From Trichosphaerium sp. ATCC 40318 (Eukaryota > Protista > Tubulinea), in NCBI GenBank assembly GCA_038496445.1, contig JALMLS010000228.1, positions 1 to 64,000 of the forward strand: a stretch of 64,000 nt of DNA, written 5' to 3'. Below the pieces are notes generated by a model. The model was not told where the DNA came from. It saw nothing but the letters and a program-made list of their open reading frames with translations, and ran no database searches. Of this stretch, positions 1-14,364 are shown in pieces. A program made the translations under genes and the position numbers. Position 1 is the first letter of the stretch. The number at the start of each line of letters is the position of its first letter.

Positions 1-3000
1 TATCTAAGCAATAGAAAACAGCTATTAGTAGGGCTACTCGCGGTAAAGACCAGAACTGTCCATTCTTTGTTGATTCTTTATCCAACATGTGAATAATAAG
101 AGCATACAGTATAAGCACTATATAATTGCGTCAACAAACCAAAGCAATGCAACAAAACTAGTCTTACCTCCAAGACAGACATATACAAGTACACTAAGAT
201 ACAGGAGTATAATAGCAGAAGCTCCAAAAGTCTCAAAATACGTTTTTGTTTGATAGTCTAAGAGCAATGGTAAAAATCAATTCAACAGAAGTTCGTTTCA
301 AAAGTTGTTTTGATAGAAGTGTGAAGTTAATGTACCATCTCTGAGCCCCATAAGGAATGTTGGCGTATCTGTAGGGACATAACATATTTCTACACCATCT
401 TTGAGTTCAAACACTTCATCGTCTAAGTAAGGTTAGCAACTCAGCTTAAGCTATTTAATCAAACTCATACTTATAATAACAAACTCTTCAACTGAGTCCC
501 TTAATTCTAATACAGCCAAGCCAACCAAAGTAACATCTTCCACCGTCAATGAACTCCTTTAAGTAAAAATTAAAACTTGTTTACATCAATGGAGTACGTA
601 CGGTACAGTAACATTAATACAAGTCAAGAAACCACTAGTAATATTTTCAGAACTTGTAACAGAATAACCATCACTTATAAGTTCGCCAACAATGGCATTA
701 TGTATATTAACATAGAACCTTATAGAACCATCACCAACTTGGTTAGATTCCAGAGAAGCTTTAAACAATAAGAATAAAGGAAAAAGACCAAACAACTTAC
801 CTGGAAAAAATGGAGATATAACGACTTGTTCAAAAGAGCTTTCACGAACAACCTAAGTGCTATTAGACTCCAGAACGGCTGCTTGCGTATTATTGAATGT
901 TCCTTACCCGAACGACTGCCTCAGTACAAGCGGTAGCAGTATAGTTTGATGTTACAACAAGCTTAGCATTTGTTGTAAACGAAAGATTTCTATTGGCTAG
1001 ATTTGGACATATTTGAAATGAAGCCAAAGCATGCCCGTTATTGTTGTTAAATGTTTCTGAGTTGAAACAATCACTACCACCACTTTTGTTATCTCCACAT
1101 AAACATGAAGTAGTCTGAAGAGCATCAAGTACACCTTATTCAAAGAGTTAAACTTAAACAAATTCTTGATTGTTTTTTTTTCCTCATCAATTCAAAGAAC
1201 TCACCAGAAAATCTACATTGGAACTCTGATTTTATAAGCCTTTCTAAAATATTAGCTTGAATTTCTGGTATGATCTTGACAACTTCTGAATCAATAACGT
1301 CACCACTTAAGAACCCAGGTTAGGAGTTTTCCAAAAAAAGCAAAAAATAAAAACAAAAAGATTTTCGGACACTTTTGTGTAGACAAGACGCACTAGATAA
1401 CATCTGCTGGTTCCCACGTAGGTGAAATAGTCGTTGAAGGAAGCCATGTATATTTATTCCTCCAAACCCCTGTACGCCACGTGTTCCTTTGTCCAAATAC
1501 ACCAGCACAGGCAGTGCACTCAGTTTCGTTCTTAAGAGATAAGTGGGCGAACTGAGTAGGATACAAGGAGTCTATGCAGTAATGTCCTCTATAGCACGTG
1601 TTAGCTATTTAACATCCCAAATATTTAGGTACCGTTCCAGGCATTCTTGCTGTGATGTAGCAGCATCATAGAAAGTACTAAACATCAGTATTGTTAGTAT
1701 ACATGTGGATGAACAAAACTATGTATTACCCTCCGACTGCTTCGCAAGCTGACCTTGTCGCAATGGTCCTATCATTACAGCCACCCTGTATATATTAGAT
1801 TACAATAATATAGCCATATCGTACCAGTGGCGTCCAGTCTTGATACCAAAACAAATTAAGTTCTCTAAAAGTAGTTGCGATTTTTGGTAAATTCTAAATC
1901 CACGTGTTATTACAGAATAGACTACCTATGTAACCGTACACAAATATTAAGTGTATCTGGAGTGAGGAGACTAGTCTCATTAAAAGGTAATACACATCCA
2001 ACAGTTTCACCAAGGCACTCAGCTTTTAGAAAAAAGTCAGTCTATCTTTTTCGTATTAAAGTTTAAGCGACTTACTCGTAGCTTCACATTGTGCTTGAGT
2101 ACAGTTATCACAAGGAATCGAGCATTCCATTTCAGTTTCGCATTCAATCTTGACTTGAAGATTAACCAAAACGAAATGACATGGAGAAAACCCAACGTAC
2201 TCTTGTTTTGTTGACTAATTCTATATTTTTGTCGATGCAAACAGGTACGCATTCCTGAGGGTTTACCCAGACGCTTCCTTCCCTATAAGCACATTTAAAA
2301 GGTGTGTCCAATAACGAATAACAACATACCACCAAGTGAGATTTCGGTTCAAACATTCTGATTCACTGACAAATTCAATAGTACAGAGTGAACTAGAAGT
2401 ACTGTGATAGCTCGTTAGTAATTACATGTGCGCAATAGTAATAGCGTACAATACACCTCCTATATTATCGCAAGACTGTTGTGTTGTATAAGTCAAACAA
2501 CGAGGTTGGCATACTATTGTTAGATCTTCGTTTTGATCGCAAGTGTCTGTAGGTAAACACGTGTCGATTGTGCTATTTTCTGGTTTGCGGCATTGTTGAC
2601 CCCGAGGGAGCATTGGGTTCCAAGTTCCATTCTTCTTACCGCAAGAATCTTGTCAAAGCTGTTAAACTCAACGAAAACGAGAACTAGTACCTTCATCGGC
2701 TGTTCCATAAAAGAAACAACCAGGGAATATAACAATTTGCTCTGAAGCGTTTAGAAACGAACATAAAGGACCTATGGTGGCGTCTTCACAATACTCTAGA
2801 TTGAAAAAGCATTAATGAGGATGAAGTATTGATGTATACACGCACGTTGATTACAAGTATCGCTATGCTCAGAATCACATGGTTTCCAGTTACACGTCAT
2901 TTTATTGTCACATTCTTCTTGTGTGATATTTTTACTACTTCCACCTTTTGCAAAATCACGTGGTTTAGCTCAAATGGGTAATAATAAAACGTAGAAATGA

Positions 3001-5935
3001 CCAAGAAATAATGGTTGAAGTACCTCTACCAACACAACGCTTGACTAAAATCTGTTTTATATTTTCTTCAAAGAACTCTTCTGGTCTGTTTTCAACTAAT
3101 GCAAGACCATCAGCAAAATTTTTATCACGTGACATTTTCGTACATCCTACTGCTTCTTCAGTTAAATTTGTGATTAAAAGACTGCCCAAGTCAGTTGCTC
3201 TTGATCTGTAGCACTACAATATAAAGTTAGATACTTTTTAAAACAGATCAGTCTTTTTTTGTTTACCTCTATCAGGTACTGATCATCTAAGAGTTCTTTT
3301 GAATTTGCTGTCATATCATTTATAGGAAATACCCTACAATGTTTATCTGGCATACACTCGGTATTGCAGTCATCATCTGTATTACATTTGATACGACATA
3401 GTCCTTAACAAATTGTTTTAGATCAAATTGTTTTAGATCTACAACAAGAGAAAAGAAAGAAAATAGTACCGTCAATGCAAACCCGAGGCCCGCTTGCATC
3501 TTGCTCACATCCATCAAAGATAGTACATCCCTGAGCATATATTTCTTTCTCGCATATGCTTGTGTAAGGAATAAACGCATATTGTGCTGTACGTGACTGA
3601 GTAGGAGGTTAGTATAGACAGGCAGCAAAGCGAGATAAGGAGTGAAGCTCTTACTTCTCGATAGATTTGTCCACAAATATTTGTCTGTTCCAACTGGTTA
3701 ACTTGGTCGTAAGCAATAAACTCTTGAACAATATCCTACATATACCAGTAAGATGGCTTACTCAGGTTACAAAATAAATTAAAGTATCATACAGTCATGC
3801 ACTTAGGAAATGTGCAAACGTCTTGCAGTCCATCTGTGCTTGGTATAAGAACTGGCACATCAACAGTTAGGTCTCTAGCTCTGCAGCATTGTTTAGACAA
3901 TAACCTAGGTAATAATCAGCTAGATCTTTGCGTCTCTTCTTTTGTGGAACATACGCAGGGTTGCAGCAAGGATCTAGCATAAATGCAGGAGAATGTGGTT
4001 CTTCACTGCACGAAAATGAATCAGTAACCACACTCGTAGCTGAAAATGGTAGCTCTTTAATTAAACGATTACGAATTAGTTCAGTGCAACCAATCCATGG
4101 CCTTGATAACTGTCCAGCTAGAATCTACAAGAAAGCTACTTTAGACAGACTAACACACAGTTTGATTTTCCTTCTATGTTTATGTTTGTGTGTTTACCTG
4201 CGCTGAGACTTGAAACCCGTGTAGTTCATCAAAACTTAATGGAGAATCATCAAAAGAATTGGCAACAGTTTTCATGTCTTAACAAAACCATTAGAAAAAA
4301 GCTAAAGACAAGCATCTTACAAGTCACCACGGCACTCATTTCTTCAAAGTTACATTCAGATGTTGGTCTTTCAGCGTCAGCTAGAGGGAAAGTACCTTCC
4401 AAAGGCTAATGTCTTGTTAATAGATCCTTTTATTTCAGTTTTTTGAATGACTGGTACCTCTCCTGTGGCACCAACAACCCTAGGTGTTGTCAAAGTACAC
4501 TCCGTATCTTTATCAAACCATTCTCGTACAAGAGGAAACGCACTCAATATACCTGTATAGTCCAAACCAACACGAGGGTTTGCAGGCCAAGATACTCTGT
4601 TAAAAACAGCTATATTAAGCCTCTGTGGTATTAAGGATGTGTTTCCATAATTAAGAGGAATACCACTAAAAGGGATAATGATTAGGACTTCGTAAATGAA
4701 TAAGTTTCAAAAAAAAGTTCATTGTACCCTGCCTGAGCAAAAGAATGCGCAAGAGAATCAGAAGCGATTGGTGGGGATTTATAGCATAGAATTCCTTCTA
4801 ATTCTACACAAGCAACATCATCTATAACAACCCAACCATTGCAGTTTATTTCCAATCCAACTGAAAAAAAAAATCAAAACCCATTTTGTATTTCTATTCC
4901 TATTTACTTACGTCCAAACCAGAAGTCTGATATTGGAATCAACGACTCACCTGTTATTCTCATTAATGCAAGAATAATTATTATTTGAAAAGGTGTGACT
5001 TGTGTCGAGTAGTAAAGGTCTCAATATTACGTACGAGGAAAAGTAACGTCGCCTTTTACTGTTTCGGCTATTTCGTTTTCAAACGCCAAAATTAATGTGC
5101 CATCCCATTCTCCTTTACCTGCTTCAAGTGACATAGTACGAAGTTCTGAGCAACACAAGGATAGTCCATCTTGAGAGTTTGTAGCAGTGTTCAAACCTAT
5201 TGAAACAGTGTAAATACATTTGGAGCTCAAGCAGCAAATGATGGGCGCCCAGAAACAAAAGTATCTAATCAAAGTGTACCCACTTTAGCCTTTACATTGG
5301 CTGATAGTTCTAGATCTATCCACAAGTAAATCAAGTTCAAATCAGAACCAAGGTCTACAAAGTCTGTAAACAAAGAAAACCTCCAACTTTTTTTTTTGTC
5401 AGTTCAGCTTGAAATCACGTGCCAGTTGATTTGTAAAGTATTGTGACCTTATCGCAAGTCCCTGGATTCTCTACCTGCGCGTTGAATACTGCACCGTTTC
5501 GAGGAACAATGATAGAGCTAAGAAAGAGAAAAAGTTAATTTTTGTTTACAAAAAAAACTCTGGTATTGTACGGAACTCACCTGTCCGTATCATCTATGCA
5601 TTTAGAAATCGGTGTGCCCTCTTGTAGTATTTTTTAGGCGTTTTTAACGAATGACAAAGACATACCAAGACAAGGGTAATTACTACCGTTGCAACACCGT
5701 TTAAATCGTGGATACGCATTGATGTCGCCAGTACAAGACGTATTAACAAACACTGGCTCTGAATAATCTATTTCAAATGTAGTGCCAAAGTATTGCGCTC
5801 CTTTTATGTTTTAGCGTTATTAGAGCCGTTTTACGTACCAAATACATTACTTTCAGCTTCGATTGCCACAACGCGTTCAATCCTGGGCGCAGCGCGTGAT
5901 AAGCCTACCAGGAACAGTAGAAGCACAATGCGCAT
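1..5935 (-). CDS. Large multi-intron cysteine-rich surface/membrane protein: signal peptide, long Cys-rich ectodomain, C-terminal multipass TM region (runs off the window start)
   Basis: ATG at 5935 gives MRIVLLLFLVGLSRAAPRIE (signal peptide). Sampled exons are Cys-rich (CRIKCNTDDDCNTECMPDKHC; CLCGDNKSGGSDCF). Exons at 1-260 are hydrophobic helices (GASAIILLYLSVLVYVCLG; FVALLWFVDAIIVLILYALII). Not every junction traced; could be two genes. Confidence 0.55.
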
Positions 5936-6265
5936 TTATTGATCAGAGAAAAAACGTAACAATAACTCCCTTTCGTGTATTTATACGCAACGGCCCGGCA
6001 ATAGTCCTTACAATGTTTGTTAAGTAGCCGCTTTACTAAATGCGCACAACCAAATTAAGCATTCAGAAGAAAAATAAACGGGCTAACTTAGCTCCGCTTG
6101 GTTATGTAGAACTCAGTAGTAATGTAGTACGACAATACTTAGAGGCATAGTACATTTTGTGAGGACAAAGAAAACTCCAAACGGAACGATTTTCTAGTTT
6201 TTTACACGTGTTGTTGAGAAGTCGTATTCGGGAGGTATTTGCGCTAGTTTTCTCTTGATTTCTTG

Positions 6266-8383
6266 TTAGGTTATTGTCTTATCAAACATATGTTTACTAG
6301 ATTGCAATAGTTGTCTATTCCACAAAGGGTTTTGTTTAGTAATAAATAAGATAATGTTGATTTACCTTTGTGATGACTTCTTTTGTAGTCCGTTGTCTTC
6401 AAAGCTCTCCCAGTTCCATTTAAACTCGGGATAAGCCACTTCTAATATTCTAGGATAATTTGGAATTAAACTTACTGCTCCTAACTGAACAAGTTGGTAT
6501 GTAGCGATGCGATACCTGTTTTTTTTTGTTATTATTTTTTTGCATTTTTCGAATTATTTTACACGTACCACGCTTCTATGTTTGGTATGCTCAGTTTTTC
6601 TTCAGCATATCTCACAAATCCTATAATATTCTCGCCAATCTCCCAATACCCTCTTGGGGTTGTTTTCGTTTTAGGACGTAACCTAAACGGGAATATTAAA
6701 CGACAGAAAAAATTAGGAATAACATACTTGAAGGAGTTCTCATGCCATGAGAATTTTGGATATAATGTCTTCAACGTTTGGTAGAGACTGCCGTATCTAC
6801 ATTCAATTTGACTAATTTAAGACAACGAAGATCAACATACTGTTGTGTTATCCACTGTAACTTTCCATGTTCAAAAAGTTTTTTAGGTGAACAATCATGC
6901 CAATTATCTAACGCGTGGAATCTCATCTTTTCGCTTACACTATTTATTCTTGATCGTTGATTATCTTCATTAAACCAATAACCATTAGGGACAGTCCTTA
7001 AGTTCATATAAGTCAAAGGACTCCAAACGCACATTGCTAAAAAGATCGCACGAAAACTTTTCCACATCCCAATCATGTTCAGGGTATACAGCCATTAGAA
7101 ACGTAGAGTATGAATTGCCATAGCTTTAAAAGTTAGCTAAAGGTTATGCATTATGATTTCGTACTTGCTGAGTATCATTCTTGTTCTATTTCCCAGCACA
7201 TCTTGAGGTGTTACTGAGTAGAAATCATCAAGTGTTTCAATTCCAAGCTCAGATCTGCTTGTTTCGAGAATTGATCTGTGGTGTTGCAGAAGACTTGTAG
7301 GTGGCGGTTGACGTTTTACTCGTTTTTTCCTACTCCTACTGTATGTGCGTGAGTATCACATTATGTTCAATATGTACGCACTTTATGTAAAACTCAGTGA
7401 CGTCCCAGCGATGCTCTGGATACAGATTTAGGATCATATCTATCAAAGAGTTGTATCTTTAGATCTATTAGTGTCTTGTAATACTTAGTTTCGTATGATG
7501 TACCTTGATATTACTCCTGACACTCCTTTAGATATAACATTTGCATGAGGTATACTATACCAACCATCATAGGTAGTAACTCGTAGCTCCTCCGAAATAA
7601 CGTCCAGTAGTTGCCTTTGATTTTCAACGTCATCCCAGTGATTTTGAGATTGTTTCCTAGTCACGTGTGAGTACCTACATCCCACGTGACCAAAACATGT
7701 GTATCGTACGCAAATTTTGTAGTGTCCCACTTAAATTGTGGGTATAAAGCTACAAGTGAAGCCGGTAGAGAAGCGTCGTGTCTATTTGTATTATAACTTG
7801 TTTTAAACTAAAGTTCTACTTACTGCTTCAGGATTGGGCGACCACCGTTACTCTCCACTTGACATGTGAATACACTATACCAATCATCAAGTGACTTGAC
7901 ATTTAGTTGCAGCGCTATTTCATTCAATTTGGTTGTTTGTTTGCACGGCAGATTCCAGTCAATGTTTGTTCTAAAGAAAACCAGTCTGTCAACAACCAAC
8001 TGACATTTAATAACAAGCACGTACCTAACCCTCTTTGCTGGATCTACTGCTGTAGGGTTAAAGGCTAATAACAGATTTGTAATTGATCCGTTAAATCTAA
8101 GCAGTGTAAGCGCTATTTATCATAGTGGTGGCGTTGTAGCGGTATGTGAAGCTAAAATGAGTAATTTAATTGACAGTACTAACTTTGATAGTAAATACTT
8201 TCCGCCAGCCTTTATTACGCGCGTATGTGTGACTTTTCGCCAATCTTCGTGAGTTTCAACGCCCAGTCTGATACTTAGGCGCGTGAAAACGCGCTTTAAC
8301 GAAGCTAGCTGCTCTAAAATACTATGAGAAGTGGTTAATAGCAAAAGCGCTAGTGCCTGGTGAAAAGTCCGCAAAACGAGCAT
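6266..8383 (-). CDS. Multi-intron protein of tandem helical repeats (W..xxNQRxxLxxIxxxLxVxxxDxWY type); function unknown
   Basis: Repeats in exons: HWDDVENQRQLLDVISEELRVTTYDGWYSI; LNEIALQLNVKSLDDWYSV; PNGYWFNEDNQRSRINSVSEKMRFHALDNWHD; PRGYWEIGENIIGFVRYAEEKLSIPNIEAWY. ATG at 8383 (MLVLRTFHQAL). Confidence 0.6.
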
Positions 8384-8487
8384 GACTTGCGCTTGCAACA
8401 CGCATGTACGCATTGAATCTGCTTCAGAACAATGTTGTAAAACAACTTTTCGCTTCAGGTTAAGTTTGACGCTCATTCAAATAATTA

Positions 8488-8538
8488 GTGAAAAGTATAA
8501 AATGTCCCAACCACAGGTAAAATGTCCCCACTTTTCAA
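8488..8538. repeat. Left TIR of pogo-like element (internal direct repeat TAAAATGTCCC x2)
   Basis: Inverted match to 10411-10461. Confidence 0.92.
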
Positions 8539-8600
8539 CACTTTTTTTGAACAAAAAATTGATGCTACGCTCTTAAAAAAAATACTTTTTTATTCTGATT

Positions 8601-10402
8601 TTAACATGATGTGTCCATTTGCGTTGAGTACCAGTTACCAAAAGATCGCCCTCCTGTACATTCTTCTTCGTGCATTTCAACCATTTTTTTTCCATCAAAT
8701 TCTTTTAAGCAGCATGGGCATGACCCATACTGATCACAGACTTCACACCACACCCACGTAGATCCTCCCCTCCATAAGCGCTCGCCACATATCTGACAGG
8801 TCTCACATTCATTTTTGTACTTCTTCTTAGCAGCGGCAAGTTTTTTTTCCTGTTTTTTTTTTTCTTTTTTCTGTCTTGTCTCCTCTCTATGAACATTCTC
8901 CTCCTCAAATTTTTTTGTTTAGCATCTCTCTTGAGTTGCCTTAGCTCTGCCTTGTGTTTAATTTCTTGTTCTTTATCTATCTTTTTTTTTTTTGCTAATT
9001 CAACCATTTGGGTAGCAATATAAGCATCCCCTTTTGGTACTGTCATTGGACCGATTGTTAGGGCATTTACTTGATTGCTGTGGCTGTATAGCTCATCCAT
9101 AGCGTTTTTGGCTTTTCTAGCAGTATCGGTGATGAAGGAAGGTGATTGTTTAGGTTGGACCCCTACATTTTTTGAAGCATGATTTAAGATCAACTTTCTG
9201 TTGTAGGGTACAATGCCCACGGACTTCCATGCCGATTTTAAGATTTTGGGAGACAGTGCTTTGGTCTCTGCAGCTGCAACAGCCATTATGTCATAACGTC
9301 GTGTTTTATGTTTGATCTCTGTGCCACTTTCAATTGTAATTTTCCTGTTTAATTTATATGCCTGAGCTAGGGTAGCAAATGGCTTGTCATCTAAGGGTTG
9401 CGTGAAATGTGAGGTATGAGGCACCCATGTGATAGTGTGTACATGCTGTTCAAGGCATTTTTGTAACGATTCTGTTTTAATGTGGCTGGCCAATCTATCA
9501 AGGAATAAAAATGCAACCCTGTCCCCTTGAAAAATTTTCAAGTGCTTTAAGAACACATCAAGAATTTTTGGCCAAATTTCGTTGGTCACATACCCTTTAC
9601 CATGAAATATATAGTATCTAGGCCATGAAGAGCGGGTATTTGTTGGTCTGGGTACTGTCATTTGATGCACTTTTTGTTCATCACCTTTGTTTTTTGCTGC
9701 CATTATATAAATTGACACCAGTACGCGTCCAGAGGCTGAAACAAACGGAATCAACGTGAGAGGGCTGCTTGTGTTATTGTTCAGCCGCCCAGCAATTTTC
9801 ATCGTTCTATCTTGAAAGGTAATGTGTTGATACTTGTCACTTGATGCTGTTATCAACTTTTTGTCACAATTGAACATCAAATCTGGGTTCATATAATACA
9901 TCTCTGAGAATCGCTCAAAACCATCACACCAAGCTTCTACACGTGGCAGAGTGACAGGAGATACACGGCAGCGGCGAATTGTCTTCGAAACAGTGGCTTT
10001 GAGTTCAATATTGTGTCTTTCAGTGAAGCCATCACACCAAGCTTCCATACTGGTCGACTTCTTCTTCTTGTACAGACTTTGTGCCATAGATATCAAGGCT
10101 GCACGTGATAGAGGCATATGACGCCCGCTAAAACTCAAACAGTAGCCAACCAACATTTCTTCTTCAAAATCCGTAAAAAGTTGGTTGCCATGAGATTTGA
10201 AATTCTCCGAATTCTCCTTTGCAAATGCCCTCTGAACACGCTTTCGTAGTGATTCTGATTTAACACAGTGTTTTTTAGCCACTGTGATGCAAATTTGACG
10301 AATTGAGAGTGTTTGTGAAGGTTTACGCTTCTTTAGTTTATAAAGTACTTCCTTTGTGGCCTCTGCCATGTTTTTAGCCTTTGTGGCACTTCTGCGAGGC
10401 AT
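8601..10402 (-). CDS. DDE_1-type transposase with N-terminal HTH/CENP-B-like region; C-terminal Cys-rich Zn finger lies in a shifted frame
   Basis: Catalytic motifs FNCD, LFLDRLASH and SHFTQPLD, with 35 residues between the 2nd and 3rd Asp. The main ORF stops at 8705; an alternative frame after a poly-A run encodes CQIC..WVWCEVC..CPCC..H and stops at 8601. Confidence 0.88.
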
Positions 10403-10410
10403 TTTAAAAA

Positions 10411-10461
10411 TTGAAAAGTGGGGACATTTTACCTAGAATTGGGACATTTTATACTTTTCAC
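10411..10461. repeat. Right TIR of pogo-like element
   Basis: Inverted match to 8488-8538. Confidence 0.92.
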
Positions 10462-10546
10462 TAAATGTAGTACAGTTCGTTTAGTACAACAACCACTGTA
10501 CAATAATAAACGACTACTACAAAGCGTGTAGCTAGTACGATCTACA

Positions 10547-11746
<1,200 letters not shown>

Positions 11747-11925
11747 AATAAACAACCTGATTTCACTTTGTTCTCGCTTTGAAATACATGTAACTCTCTG
11801 TACACCGTTGTGTGATTCAATGAGTGTATGGTCCTATCACTCGGAGAAGATGGCTAAAGACTATGTCGCAGACAGCGACATCTTTTTTGAATAATGTGAA
11901 GATGCGATTTTTTATTGATAAGGTT

Positions 11926-13471
11926 TTAGACACTTTCCATTTGCCAGTGTTGGTTTTGGTTGCCGTTGTTTGATGACCACAAATAAACGTTTTGAACATT
12001 GCTACCACCATTGCCGCCGTCAATAGAGAAGCCGTTTGCGTTTCTCTTTTCAAGTCTAAACCTGCCGTTTGACAATGAAACTTTTCTCCAATGTTGGTTT
12101 TGGTTGTTACTACCGCACTGGTATATCTTTAAGTTTTGTCCGTTACCTCCACCATTGTTACCATCAAGGCAAAAGTTTGTGTCTCTTTTTTGGTAAGAAA
12201 AGAAACCGTCACCACGAGGAATCTCAATCCAATGTTGGTTCTTGTTTCCTTGATTGTACGTATACAAGAAAACGTTTTGGTTGTTGGATCCACCGTTTCC
12301 TCCGTCAAGAGCAAAACCTAAGGAATTTCCTTTCCTTAAAATAAACCTATTACCTGTAGGTGGTGCAGGCGAAGGAGAAGGGCCAGAACCTTAAAAAAAG
12401 CATAAGAACCACATATCTTTTTTTCTTGTTTTTTTCCGTCTTTTCAAAAACAAAAAGCGCCCCACAACACATACCTTGATTAACCACAAATCGAGCGACG
12501 TAGTCAATATGAAAATCGAACGTGAGAGAATCTCTGAAATTGGCAGGAGTATTAGGAATCTCACCAAGAAGCGCTTCTTGATCGAAAATCAAAGTTTCTG
12601 GTGTTCTTGTGACATGATATATCTGTTGAGCAGTTCTTCCGCTCCAAACTTTGTTATCAGGCATAGACCTGTATTGAAGAGGGTTGTCGCTTATTTTAAA
12701 TATCCTCCTTACTTGACGCCCGTTGTAGTAGAACTCTAGATTATCAACAGCTTTGAGAAGTCCGTATGTGTTCCAACCAGTGTTTGTGTTAATTGGCGCT
12801 CTGTAGCTGAGTTGTCCGTCGGTTTGATGAATATTACTCGCCATCTGATTGAACCAGTTGTTTGGAATGTTCTCTATGATGTCAATCTCTACAGGGCCTA
12901 TTGGACCTTGGTTAAACCTAAACCAGAAAGAATGAGCCAAGTTTCTTGCGGCATTATTTCCCATTTTAGTCACTCTCATTCTTGCTTCATAGAAACGGCC
13001 AGGGATGGCAACGCGATCAAGTGTCCTGAAGAAACCGCTATACCATTTGACAGTGTATGTTCTTCCGTTGTATACCCAGTTGTAGTGTTCGTTTGAAGGT
13101 AAGTATCCGCATCTCAAAGTCAAGTAACTGTCATCGTTTGCTTGACCTCTGACGTCGCCCAAAAAAGATCCATCGGTTTTGAAATGTTGGTTATGACGTC
13201 CTCGAAATCCTGATGATATTGGAAGGTCATCCCAACCGGTCATTTGGTTCTTCCACTGAGAAACAGGAGTAAGAACGTTGTCACTACCAAAAAAAAAGGA
13301 AATGAGCTTTACCTGTGCATTAAATTGCTCTCCCCAATCTCGTGATACACGGCCTGCGTTGATTTGTTGCTTCCACCAGTGGTTATTATCGATAATATCA
13401 GGCGCGTTCCATCCAGCAGAAACGAGCTGAGTACAAACTACCGCGATAAGAAGGAGGTACACGCTTTTCAT
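11926..13471 (-). CDS. Secreted GH16-family glycoside hydrolase with C-terminal ricin-B (QxW) lectin domain; 2 introns
   Basis: Signal peptide MKSVYLLLIAVVCTQLVSA; GH16 motifs GRFYEARMR, EIDIIE, WNTYGL, FHIDYV. A GSGPSPSPAPPT linker follows intron 2, then three (L/I)DGxNGGxNxQN...NQHW repeats. Confidence 0.88.
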
Positions 13472-14364
13472 TTGTGTATGATTTAGAACTTAGACAAATC
13501 ACGTGTGTTAAAGCGTTGCGTTTGTTGTTGGTAACACGTAATAATAAAAAAATGACGCTGTGAAGAAAGCACACACTAGCGCTAGTCTCTTTATCCAAGT
13601 ACGCTAGAACGTCAGTATCTATGGAACCACGACATTTGTTTGCCATAAAATAGTAAGTTTTTTTTTGAACTTATATATGGCTTGCTACTTTACGCCCGTA
13701 TACAAATATATATACGGCTATTTAGGATAAAAATAAACTGCGCTAGGTGTCACAAAGTTTCGCTAGTATAAGTAAATGACTTGGAGCTGTAAGAACTTTC
13801 GGCACAACGCAACAACAAATATTACAAATAAAGTTCCAACGAACTTTACTTACAGGTAGTTTACAAATACAGCGGGCAAACATATTCCCCCCAATCTTAG
13901 GTCAAGTAACATCAGTATGCTTGTTTGGATATTGATTCCAAACTCCAAGCCACGTGTCTTTGAAACTAACCTTTTCAGCTATTTTTGGCGTGAAAATTGT
14001 TTTACAAATTACGCAGCACATAGTAAGTATTTGTATCTTGTATAGCATTACTGTGCACGAAAAGCAAATCTTCTAGGGCCCACCATGGTTTTGGTTTACA
14101 AAGTTGCCGTGAGCGGCCCTTGACTTAAGTTTTGAAAATAATTGCGAAAGAAAAATTATAAGAGAACAATAACTATTACCCTATTATATTTATTTCAGAT
14201 ACACTAGCAAGCGCTCGTAATACAAGAACAGCTTATGAAGCATAAGTTGTACCTCAGAGGCATCCAAGAACTTTCTAGTACGAGCGGTGAGTTGGCCAAA
14301 TCCGCGAATGTAAATAGGTACTTGATTAATCACCTGAGAATGCAAAACTTTAGCATAAAGAACT

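Larger units (their letters stand above)
8486..10463 (-). mobile_element. pogo/Fot1-family (DD35D) DNA transposon, ~1.97 kb, with ~51-bp TIRs
   Basis: Left end 8488-8538 GTGAAAAGTATAAAATGTCCCAAccacAGGTAAAATGTCCCCACTTTTCAA is the reverse complement of 10411-10461 except for 4 nt. TA flanks both ends. Encloses an intronless transposase. Confidence 0.93.

Noticed and set aside
8486-10463. TAGTG...CACTA termini suggesting a CACTA/EnSpm element
   Set aside because: The motif orientation is reversed relative to CACTA elements and the transposase is clearly pogo/Fot1 DD35D.
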